From assembly GCA_014905635.1 (NCBI GenBank), contig JABVCE010000007.1, positions 868,001 to 932,000 of the forward strand: a stretch of 64,000 bases of DNA, written 5' to 3'. This document shows, one piece after another, positions 1 through 9,943 of the stretch; within the stretch, counting starts at the first letter, position 1, and each line of letters begins with the position of its first letter. Origin of the DNA: Scenedesmus sp. PABB004 (lineage: Eukaryota). The notes under the pieces were generated by a model that was not told where the DNA came from, did no database searches, and saw nothing but the letters and a program-made list of their open reading frames with translations. The position numbers and the translations under genes are program-made.

Positions 1-1880
1 GCGCGCTCACGTGTCGAACCCGAAAAAGTCAATCGCGCGCGCCGGCGCGGAGCGCAGCACATTGATGACGTTGCCGCGGTACAGCGCCGCCACGCCGCCC
101 TCCGCGAGCAGCGCTCGCGCGGCGGCCGCGAGGCTCGTGCCGGGCGGCATCGCGCCTGGCGGCACGGCGCGGCGCGGCGCGGGCGTCGGCGTCGGGCGCG
201 GCGCCGGGCGCGGCGCCGCGGTCGCGGCGCTGCCGCGCGCGCGCCCACCTGCCATCGCCGCCATGCGCAGCGTCTCCAGCGGCGCGGTGGCGGTGCGGCT
301 CGCGGCGCCCGCGACTGCGCCCGCGAGCAGGTGGCCTGCGGCCGCGGCGGCGGCGGCGGCGGCGGCGCCTCGGCGGACGGCCCCGCTCGCGCGGCGCGGC
401 GGCCCGCCGCCGCTCGCAGCCGCCGCAGGCGCTGCGCCCCCGCCACAGGCGCAGGCGCCGCACCCCAGGGCGAGCCCCGGTGCTCGGCGCGGCGCTCCAG
501 CAGCGAGAAGTGGCCGCCCGCGTCGGCGCACTCGGCGCTGCTGCAGCCGCTGAGCCAGTACTCTGTGAGCAGGCTCTGCTGCGGGAGCAGCGCAAAAAAG
601 TCACGAAACTCGGCAAAGCTCAGCCGCCTGCGCGGCCGCGCGCGCGCGCGGCGGCGGTCGGGGCGGCGCGCGGGGGCAGGCGGGTGGGTAAGGAGCGAGG
701 GACGAGTGACGCGAGCAGGGAGCGGGCGGGCAGGCGGCGACCGCACCGGTCGGCGTCGATGTGGAGCCGCTCCAGCAGCTGCCCCACCACCTCTGCCCGC
801 GAGCGGAACACGCAGCGCCCGGGCCCCGAGCACACCGCGACGCGCGCGAGCGAGACGTGCAGGTCCTGCGCCGAGATGCTGCCGTCGCCGTCTGCGGCGC
901 GGCGGGTGCGCGGTGCGGCGCGTCGACGGCGGCGCGGCGCGGCGCGGCGCTGCCGCCGGTGTGCCGCCCGCCGGCCCCCGTGCACGCGCGCCGGCGGCGC
1001 ACCGAGGTCGAACTGGCGGAACGCCTCCCGCAGCCCCGCCTCGCGCGACGCCACAAACTCGCGGAACGCCGCAAACCCGACCTGCCCGGGCGCGGCGCGG
1101 CACGGGCCGCGCGGCAGCAGCGGCTCAGCGCGGGCGCGCGGCTGCCGCCGTTGCTGTCGCCGTTGTTGCTGCCGCCACCGCCGCTGCCGCTGCCGCCGCC
1201 GCCGCTGTCGCCCCTGCCGCCGCTGAGGCGGCGGGCTCACCTCGCCATCGAGCTCCTCCGACGAGCCGCCGCCGACGGCGCCGCCGCCGCCGCGCGCGGC
1301 CGCGCGGCGCTGCTCCTGCTGCTCCTCCGCGAGCGCGTCAAAGTAGGGCCGCACGTAGCTGCCCGGCAGCGCGTTGGCCTCGGCGTACGCGGCGAGGTCC
1401 TCGAGGCTGATGGTCCCCTTGGACTGCCGGTCGATCGCGCGGAAGGTCGACCGAATGCGCTCCTCCTGGCCCGCGGCGCCGCCCCAGAAGCTGCGCGGCG
1501 CGGTTCGCGTGTCGGGGGAGGCGGGGTGCCAGCCGTGAGGCGCGGCGCGCACAAGAGAGAGAGAGAGAGACGCGTTCAAAGGCGCGGCCGAGCAGCAGCG
1601 GAACGCGCGAGCGCGGGATGAGTGCGGCGGCGCCGGCGCGCTGTCGCTGCTGCTTCACCGCAGCGGGGCACGCGGCGCGCGCCCACCTGGAGAGGCTGGC
1701 GAGCGGCGCCGGGCGCACGCGGCGGCGCCGCCGCGCGCCGCCGCCCGCGCCGCCGCCGGCCCATGCCGCCGGCGGCGCTAGGCCAAACGCGAGCTCGCGT
1801 GCTGTTGCGTGTGCGGTGGCGGGTGTCCCAGCCAGCAGCAGCGCGGACGGCGGGCTCGCGACGAAGCGCGCTGGCGGCAT
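1..1880 (-). CDS. Ca2+-binding (EF-hand) mitochondrial carrier, SCaMC/APC (ATP-Mg/Pi) type; multi-exon, 3' part runs off the window
   Basis: EF-hand loops FRAIDRQSKGTISLEDL and FRQFDL|DGDGSISAQDL, then carrier repeat HLLAGAVAGAASRTATAPLETLR...LYRGNVINVLRSAPARAIDFFGFD (PxExxR signature). Probable ATG at 1880. Confidence 0.85.
1554..1570. repeat. (GA)n microsatellite in an intron
   Basis: agagagagagagagaga, seen directly. Confidence 0.9.
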
Positions 1881-2184
1881 GGGCCGCAGCGAAGGCGCGC
1901 GCGGCGGGTGGGGATGTCGCGCGCGTGCCGACCCTGTCCCGGGAGTGACGTGAGGGTCGCACGCGTTGTCGTCGTCGAGTGAGGGGCGCGGCGCCCGCGC
2001 GGCACAAGGCCAAGGCGGTTCGACGCTCGTCCAGCTCCCCCGACGCGCCGGTGCACGCCGCGCTCGCGGCAGTCTCGCCACTTGCCGCAGCCCGGCGTCG
2101 CGCGACCAGCCGTGCTAGCAGCGAGCCGCGGCCCGAGCGCGGCAGCAGCAGCGGCGGCGACGCGCGCCTGCACGCGCAGCAGCC

Positions 2185-2574
2185 ATGCTCCTCCACGCCG
2201 GCCTCCTCGCCCCGCCGTGGAGCGTCCTGACGCAGCGGCGGACGCAGCAGGCGCAGGCGCAGCCCGCGCGGCCGTGCGCGGCGCGCGCACCACACGCGTG
2301 CCTGCTCCCCGCCGCGGCGTGCGCGGCGCAGCACGCGCTGCACCACCCACCGTCGAGCCCGCCCGCCTGGGCGCCGGCGTCGGCGTGGCCGCAGCGGCAG
2401 AGCGGCCCTGGAGCGCGCCTGTCGGCAGCAGCGGCGCTCGCGCGGGATGCCGCGGCCGCGGTGCAGACGCTGCCGCCGAGCGCGCGCGGCGGCGCCGGCA
2501 GCACCACCAGCAGCAGCGGCAGCACCACCACCAGCAGCAGCAGCAGCAGCAGCGCTGCTGCCGCGGGCGGGCCA

Positions 2575-2610
<36 letters not shown>

Positions 2611-3743
2611 AGCGACGAGTTCAAGCTCAACTTTGGCGGTGCGGCGGCGGCGGCGCGCGCCGCCGGCCGGCGCACCGCGCGCGCCGCCGGCCCGCCGCGG
2701 GCGACCCCGCCGCCGCCGGCGCCGCGCGCAGAGGCGGTCGCGGTGCTGCGGGAGGACCTGCCGCAGCTGTTTGAGCGCGAGCTGCGATACCACATCTATC
2801 GGGAGGACATCACCTTCAGGCGCGCGCCAGCGGCAGCAGCGACAGCAGCGGCAGCGGCGGCGGCAGCGGCGGCAGCGCCGCACGGAGGGCCCGCGCGCAG
2901 CCCCGCGCCGCCGCCGACACCCGCCGGCGCGCCGCCGGCCGCGCGCTCGCAGGACGCCGAGCTTGGCCTACTTCACAGGGCGCGTGCCCGCGCCGCGCCG
3001 CGCCTCCCGCGCCGCGCCTCCCGCGCCGCGCCGCGCAGCGCCGCCGCCGGGCGCCGCGCGTCTTGACCCCGCCGCCGCCGCGCAGGCTGTGGAAGTACCA
3101 GGCGCTGCACCGCGGCGCGCGCTGGCTGGGCAACCTGCTATACGCTGACGTGCACCTCAGCCTCGCGCGCATGTGGCAGCCGCCCGGCAACCGGCGCCAG
3201 CTGCGGTGCGCGCCCGCCGCGCGGCGCGCGGGGGCGCGGCGGCGGCGCGCGACCGCGCGCGCGCGCCGCCCGACGCCGCGCGGCTCGCGGCCGCCGCAGC
3301 GTGCGCTGGAGCGTGGCGGGGCGGCCGCGGCTGTCGCTGTCGGTGGATGACAAGCCGCTGAGCACCGAGGTCATCTCAACCTACACCTTTGACTCACAGG
3401 TGCGCCCCGCACGCACCCGCCGCCCCGCCCCTGCCGCCCCTGCCGCCCCCGCCGCCCCGCCCCTGCCGCCTCGCTCCCGGCCGCTCGGCCGCCCGGCGCG
3501 CGCGCCTGGCTGCCCCGCCCCGCCCCGCCCCGCCCGCGTCACGTCCACACACACATGCGCACGCCACGCACATGCGCTCACGTGCGCACGCAGGGCCGCA
3601 TCTTCCAGCACCAGGTGGACCAGCTCATCCCCCCGGAGTCGCCGCTGGTGCAGCTGCTGGAGTGGCTCGTCGCGCGGCTGCAGGGCCCCGCGACCGCGCA
3701 GCCGCAGCTGCCCATCCCCGGCAGCATCCGGGGGCAGGGCTGA
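2185..3743 (+). CDS. DUF2358/SnoaL-like, probably plastid-targeted protein; multi-exon
   Basis: Spliced AVLREDLPQLFERELRYHIYREDITF-RTPSLAYFTGLWKYQALH...LARMWQP...RWSVAGRPR...EVISTYTFDSQ-GRIFQHQVDQLIPPESP, which matches my recollection of DUF2358; Ala/Ser-rich N-terminus; TGTAA at 3973-3977. Confidence 0.75.
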
Positions 3744-4088
3744 CGGGAGGGACGCGCGCCCGGGGCCGCGGGCGGCGGCGGCGCCGCCGCGCGTGCGGGC
3801 GGCCTGTGGCTGCCTGGATCGCAGCTCGCGCATGCCTGAGCCGTTTCATCATGTCTCTGTCGGTCCCCCCGGCGCAGCGCGCATGCCTGCGCCGCGACGC
3901 GCCACACGCCGCCATCTGTGCGCGTGCGCGCGCCTCGGCCGAGCACACCTGCACGCCTCGGCCGGCGCAAGGTGTAATGCACGGGACCGCCCCCCACTCC
4001 GCAGCCACTGACGCGCCGCCAGCCTCACCGCACGCAAGCATCCTGCAAGCAGACGCCCCCTCCACCTCCCCTCTCCCGCGCGACCCGC

Positions 4089-5855
4089 TCAGCAGAAGCC
4101 CGCCCGGTCGAGGGGCACACCCTGCACGCTGACGCGCTGCAGGCACACGCCGCCGGCCTCGCCGCCGCTCACGGCCGCCGCGATCCCAAGCACGACGCGG
4201 TCGGCCACCACGACGGCGGCAGCCGCGAGGCGGATGACCGCCCGGCCGCCGCCCGCATAGTCCGCCGCGGTCAGCGCCACGGCGCGCTCCACGCCGGGCA
4301 CGCCGGCCGCCAGCAGCCCCGGGCCGGCGCGCCCGCCGGCCGCGCCGGCACTGCAGGCCGCGCCGCCGCCGCAGGCGCTGGCGTTGGCCAGCGCGACCGT
4401 GACGGCGCCGGGCGCGGCGGCGCAGGCCACCGCCGCCGCCGCACCGCCGCCGCCGCCGCCCAGCGCCCCGGGCGCCGCCCCCGCCGGGCCGCGCACAGGT
4501 GCGGGCGCAGCGGCGCAGTGCAGCGTGACGCTGTCGACCGCCGACAGCTGGGGCAGCGCAATCTCTATCACAGCCGGCGCCCGCGGCCCCAGCAGCAGGG
4601 GGAGGCAGCGCTGCGGGCCCGCGCCGGCGGGGCGCAGCAGCGCCGCGCTCGCGGCGGCGGCCGCGCCCGGCGCCGCGCGGCCGGCCAGCGCTCGCAGCAG
4701 GCGCGCCATGGGGCGCGGCGCCGGCAGCGCGGCGGCGTCGAGGGGCGTGGCGAGCACCACGCGCCCGCCGCAGGCACCGAGCGCGAGGTCCAGGGGCGGC
4801 AGCGCCGCCGCGAGCTGCCGCGCCACCTCCTGCCCCACGGCCGCGGGCAGCCCTGAGCGCGCGCCGGCAGGCGGCGGTATGCTTGCGCCCGCGCCGCCAC
4901 CGCGGCCGTCGCCTGCCACGGCCGGCGGCGCGGCCAGCAGCTGCCACGCCTGCTCGCCGAGCGCGCCAGCGCGGCGCGCGCCGGCGACGTCGGCGGCCAG
5001 TGCGCGCGTGGCGCGCGCGAGCGCCTCCACGCTTTCGTTCAGCGCCGCCTGCTGGCCGCCCAGCTCCCCCAGGCCCGCACCGCACGAGGCCGCGGCGCGC
5101 TGCAGCAGGCCCAGGTCGGGCAGCTCCGCGAGGCGCTCCTGCGCGCGCGACAGCTGCGCCGCCAGCTCGCCGAGCGCCACCGCCTGCGCGGCTCCATGCG
5201 CTTGCTGCGCAGCCAGGGCGCCGCGCTGTGCGCGCAGCGCGCCGTGCTGCGCGCCGGCGAGCGCCAGCAGCGCGACCAGCAGCACGGCCTGCGCCGCGCC
5301 GGCGCGGCGGCCGCCGCACAGCCACGCGGCCGCAGCGCGGCCGCCGGCCGCCGCGGCGCGCCCGAGCGCGTCCCGCGCAGCGGCGGCACCGGCGGCGGCG
5401 GCGGCCGCGAGCGCTGCAGGCGGCGGCCGCTCGGCGTCGGCGCCGTCAGAGGTGTGGTCAGACGCGTCGTCAGCGTCGTCGGAGGCGTCGCCGGCGCCAG
5501 CGTCGCCGCCGGCGCCGGCGGGGCGCGGGCCGGAGCGCGCGAACAGCGGCGGCGCGGGCGACGCCGGCGGCGACCGCGGCGTGGCGAGCCCGCCGCCGCC
5601 GTCCAGGTCGATGGAGCCGTCGTCCAGGCCGCTCCCCACCTGCCCGCGCTGCTCCGGGATGCCGGGCAGCGACGCGGCGGCCGCCGCCGACACGGCGCGC
5701 GCGGCAGCGAGCACCGGCGTGAGCGCCTGCCTCGCCACCGCGATCAGGGGGCTGGGCGGTGGGGCCGCGCGTGCGGGGCCGAACGCGGGCTGGGCGATCT
5801 CCGCCTCGACCAACGCCGCCGCGCGCTTCTTGCGGCCGCGCTTCGCCGTCGCCAT
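4089..5855 (-). CDS. SUN-domain (Sad1/UNC-84) inner nuclear membrane protein, divergent, apparently intronless
   Basis: N-terminal NLS-like KRGRKKR, hydrophobic segment AVLLVALLALAG, coiled coil, then LDLALGACGGRVV...RCLPL...VIEIALPQLSAVDSVTLH...DRVVLGI...CLQRVSVQG, which parallels the C-terminal SUN motifs (DYAL.S.G..V; C.P; VTLEH; CIYRFRVHG). Confidence 0.7.
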   Translation of the reverse strand: MATAKRGRKKRAAALVEAEIAQPAFGPARAAPPPSPLIAVARQALTPVLAAARAVSAAAAASLPGIPEQRGQVGSGLDDGSIDLDGGGGLATPRSPPASPAPPLFARSGPRPAGAGGDAGAGDASDDADDASDHTSDGADAERPPPAALAAAAAAGAAAARDALGRAAAAGGRAAAAWLCGGRRAGAAQAVLLVALLALAGAQHGALRAQRGALAAQQAHGAAQAVALGELAAQLSRAQERLAELPDLGLLQRAAASCGAGLGELGGQQAALNESVEALARATRALAADVAGARRAGALGEQAWQLLAAPPAVAGDGRGGGAGASIPPPAGARSGLPAAVGQEVARQLAAALPPLDLALGACGGRVVLATPLDAAALPAPRPMARLLRALAGRAAPGAAAAASAALLRPAGAGPQRCLPLLLGPRAPAVIEIALPQLSAVDSVTLHCAAAPAPVRGPAGAAPGALGGGGGGAAAAVACAAAPGAVTVALANASACGGGAACSAGAAGGRAGPGLLAAGVPGVERAVALTAADYAGGGRAVIRLAAAAVVVADRVVLGIAAAVSGGEAGGVCLQRVSVQGVPLDRAGFC

Positions 5856-6225
5856 CGACGCCGCTGCCGCCCTGGCGCGACCTCTGTCCGCGGCGAGAGC
5901 AGGGCACGCGCGCGTCCGAGATGCCACGGTCGCCGTGGCGGCGCGGGCGGCCGCGCGCAGGCGGCGGCGGCGCGGGCGGCGGCGCGGGCGGCGCTGCTGC
6001 TGCGCGGTGTGCGAGCGAGCACGGCCGAGTGCCGGCCGGCGCTGAGCTGGAGGATGGTGGGGGCCGGGACCGGGACCGGGCCCGGCGGCGGCGAGCGGAC
6101 GGCCGCGCTCAAAGCCGCCAGGGTTCAAACAGCGGCGCAAGCATACCACGCGCCCCGCGCAACCGCCGCGCGCCACGCAACCGCCGCGTGCCGCGCGCAA
6201 CCGCCGCGCGCGGGCGCGCCCGCCG

Positions 6226-7143
6226 CTACCGCCCCTCCGGCGGCAGCAGCGGCGCGTTGCAGAGCGGGCAGGCGGGCTCCCGCGTGTAGTCGGCCGCGCT
6301 GAGCGCCCAGCGGTCGAGGCACTCAATATGGTAGCGGTGGCGGCATCCCAACACGCGCACGGCGTCGCCGGGCTCGAAGTCCTCGCAGCAGATGGCACAG
6401 CTGTCCCCGAACGCCTCGAGAAGGCGCGCCACGAGCTCGCCCTTCTCCACGCACCCCTCGGCGCTCACGCCCGCGGCAGCGAGCCGCGCTTTGAGAGCGG
6501 CCGGCGTCAGCCGCTCGAGCTCCGCGCGCGAGGCGACCTCGTCGATGCGCTGCTTGTGCAGCGTGGCGACGATCTGCGCGCGCGGCGGCGGCGGCGCGTG
6601 CGGGGGTCGGCCGCAGCGCACAGCGCGGCGGCGCGCCAGCCGCGAGCGCGCTCCCAGCGGCGCTGTCGCACCTTGTCCCAGCGCGCCTGCCGCTCCGCCG
6701 CCGTCCGCTGCGGCTGCCGCGCCTGCGGCCCGCCCCCGGCAGCTGCTGCGCCTGCTCCACCTGCTGCGCCTGCTCGGCTGGCCAGGCCTCCGAGCGCTCG
6801 CCGCAGCGCCAGCCCCCCTCGTGTGCTCGCCAGCTGCGCGGGGCCGGCAGGCGATAGGGCGGTGAGGGCGCAGCGGCTGCCTGGGTGCTGCCGCCGCCGC
6901 TGCCGCTGCCGCAGCCCCGCGCACCAGGCGGCAGCAGCAGAGGCAGGCCGCTGCCACGCCGAGCAGCAGGCCCAGCTCGAGCGCCGCCGCCTGCCAGGTG
7001 CCCTCGCCGGCCGCTCCTATCGCCAGGGAGTGCGCGGCCTCGAGGAGCGCATGGCCTGCGCTCAGCACGAGCGGCAGCAGCAGCAGCGCCGCGACGGCCA
7101 ACGGCGCCTGCCCGCCGCCGCTCAGGTTGATGAAGACTATCAT
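6226..7143 (-). CDS. Membrane-anchored RING-H2 E3 ubiquitin ligase with a SAP/LEM-like helix pair
   Basis: CAICCEDFEPGDAVRVLGCRHRYHIECLDRW...CPLC (C3H2C3); ALKARLAAAGVSAEGCVEKGELV motif; two N-terminal hydrophobic segments. Confidence 0.85.
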   Translation of the reverse strand: MIVFINLSGGGQAPLAVAALLLLPLVLSAGHALLEAAHSLAIGAAGEGTWQAAALELGLLLGVAAACLCCCRLVRGAAAAAAAAAAPRQPLRPHRPIACRPRAAGEHTRGAGAAASARRPGQPSRRSRWSRRSSCRGRAAGAAAAADGGGAAGALGQGATAPLGARSRLARRRAVRCGRPPHAPPPPRAQIVATLHKQRIDEVASRAELERLTPAALKARLAAAGVSAEGCVEKGELVARLLEAFGDSCAICCEDFEPGDAVRVLGCRHRYHIECLDRWALSAADYTREPACPLCNAPLLPPEGR

Positions 7144-7410
7144 GCTGCTGCTCGTCACCGGGAGACGTCTGTGTGGCGGGGGCGCCACGCGGCCAACCGG
7201 GGAGGCGACGGTGAAGGCGGCGCGAGGGCTCAAGCGCTGCTGCCTGCTGCCGCGTCACCCCGAGCTCGTAGCGCGGCGCCGCCGACTCCCCTCTCTCGCA
7301 CGCGCCGCACAGCACGTCCCGTCAGCCCCGCGCACGCCGCGCCGCCGCGAATTGCCCGCGCCCGAGCCGGTGCCGCTGCCGCTGCTGCCGGCGCTGCCGC
7401 GCGTGCGCGC

Positions 7411-9699
7411 ATGGCTCTGGCGCGCATAACGCCCTTCCGGGCGGGCACGGCGCTCAGCAGCTCGCGGCCCAGCCCGCCGCCGCGCTCGCCGGAGCGGGCA
7501 GCGCCGCCGCGGGCCGCTGCTGCGGGCTTCGAGGTGCGCGGGCCTCTGCCGCAGGCGCGCCCGCCGCCTGCCGCGCCGCGCGCGCCGCGCGCCGCGGCGG
7601 CAGTGACGGCGGCCGACCCCCTCTGCCCCCGCGCGCAGGGGTGCGCGGCGCCGCTGGGCCGGGACATCAAGGTCGTGGGCTGCGGCAGCTGCGGCGTGGA
7701 CTACCTCGCGTCGATCGCTGCGTTCCCGGCGCCCGACCAGAAGCTGCGCACGGACGCGCTCGAGGTGCGGCGCCCGGGTGCACCCAGCCGCGGGCGCCCA
7801 GCAGCAGCGCCGGGGGCGACGCGCGCGCTGCGCCCGCCGCCGCCGCCGCCGGCAGGTCCAGGGCGGCGGCAACTGCGCCAACGCGCTCACCGCCGCGGCG
7901 CGGCTGGGGCTGCGGCCCGCCATCGTCACAAAGGCGCGTGCCGCGCGCTGCACGCGCGCGCGCGGCGCAGCGTCGGCAGGCAGGCGCGCAGCGCTCACGC
8001 GCCCGCCCCGCCGCCGCTGCGGCGCTGCAGATCGGTGGCGACGGCCTGGGCGATGGCATCATCAGGCGCGGCCGCGCGGCGGCGGCGGCGGCCAGCGCCC
8101 AGCAGCAGTGTGCCCCCCCCCCACACACACACGCATGCCGGTGTCGCCCGCGCCCGTGCCCGCGCCCGCGCCCGCGCTGCGCGCAGCGAGCTGCAGGCGG
8201 ACGGCGTCGACGCGTCGCTCGTGCTGCGAGCGGCGGGGCACCCCTCGCCCTTCACCTACATCATCGTTGACCGGGCAGGTGTGCGCGCGTTCAAAAGCGC
8301 GTTTGAATTGAGCTGTCGCGAGTCTCAGGTGACGCGCATGTGAACGAGCTGCCCTGACGGCCGCCGCCGCGCCGCCGCCGCGCCGCCGGGGGGCCAAGGC
8401 GGCACGCGCACGTGCATCCACACCCCGGGCGCGGCGATGGCGCCCGGCGAGATGGCGCCCGCGCTGGTCGCCGCCGCGCTCGACGGCGCCGCGCTGGTCT
8501 ACTTTGACGGCCGGCTGACCGAGGCGGCGCTGCTGCTCGCGCGCGCCGCGCGTGCCGCGGGCGTGCCGGTGCTGGTCGAGGGCGAGCGGCTGCGCCCGGG
8601 GCTGCAGGACCTGCTGCAGGAGGCCGACTACGTGGTCACCTCGGCCCACTTCCCGCAGGCGCGCGCGCTGCGCGCTGCGCCCCCGGTGCCCCGCGCGCGC
8701 GCACGCGCGCTGCCGGCCGCCCGCCGGCCTCGCACGCGCGCCCGCGCGGCGGGCGGCTGTCCGCTCCGTCGCTCACACACGGCGCCGCTGTGCTGCCGCC
8801 GCCGCCGCCGCCGCCGCGCGCGCCGCGCGGCGCAGGAGTGGACGGGCGAGGCGTGCATCGGTGACGCGATGCTCGAGGTCGCGGCCCGCCTGCCCAACGC
8901 GCGCATGGTCATCACCACGCGCGGCACGCAGGGCAGCATCTGCCTGCTGCGCGCTGCGGAGCAGGCGCGCCGTGCGCCGCTGCCCGCGGCGCGCCGCGCG
9001 CCGCAGCGCGGGCCGAGCCCCGCGCCCGCGCCGCGCCGCCACACCCCTCAGGAGGCCGCGGGCGAGGCGTGCCTTCAGGAGCTGCTGGACAGCTTGGGCG
9101 GCCAGCTGGGCGAGCCGCGCAGCGACCGCGCCGTGTGCGTGAGCAGCGGCGGCGTGCCTGTCGCGCCGGCGCGCGTCGCGGAGGCGCCGGCGCCGCTGCG
9201 GCTGCGCTTCACCCCGGGCCGCGACGCCTCGGCGGCCGAGGCGTTTGCGCGCGAGGCGGCCGCGCGCGCGGCGGCGCTCAACGCGGACGCCGGCAACTCG
9301 CAGGGCTACACGATGGTGCAGCAGGTGCGGCCCCGCGCGCACGGGGCGCAGCCGCAGGCGGCGCGGCGCCGCGCCGCTCGCCCGCCAACCGCGCCCCGCC
9401 GCGCCCCGCCGCGCCCCGCCGCCGCCCGCGCCCAGGCGCCCGCGGCGCCGGCGGCGTCGGGCCTGGCGGCGCGGGTGCTGGTTGCGAGCGCGGCGGGGCT
9501 GCCGCCGGGTGCCGTCGCCGACACCACCGGCGCTGGCGACGCATTCATTGGCTCTGTGCTCTACGGCCTCGCCACCGGCCTGCCGCCGGCGCAGCTGCTC
9601 TCCCTCGGCGCCGCCGTCGCGGCGTGCAAGTGCACCGCGCTGGGCGCGCGCCCGGGGCTGCCGCGGCGCGCGCAGCTCGCGGCGGAGCTGCTGGCGTGA
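7411..9699 (+). CDS. PfkB/ribokinase-family carbohydrate kinase with plastid transit peptide; 9 exons
   Basis: VVGCGSCGVDYL, VQGGGNCANALTAAARLG, SPFTYIIVD, YFDGRL, DTTGAGDAFIG (PfkB signature 2). Confidence 0.92.
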
Positions 9700-9943
9700 C
9701 GCGCTGGGCGGTTGTGCCGCGCTGAGCCCCGCTGAACCCTCGCGTGTGGCCCCACCTGTGACTCCAACCCCCTGATCAGCTGCCCCGGCCTCCCCCGGCC
9801 AGCACAACCGCCAACCGCACACGCCGCCGCACGGCCCGCCCCGCCGCCAGCGACCCGCGCTGCTGCGCCGCGCCGGCGCCGCCCCGGGCCCGCCAGTCGC
9901 TGAACAGAATGGCAGCGCCCTGATCTCTCCGATGGGCCACCGG

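Noticed and set aside
2570..2615. (GGC)n/(CAG)n runs here and throughout as CRISPR-like or functional arrays
   Set aside because: Simple trinucleotide repeats with no repeat-spacer structure.
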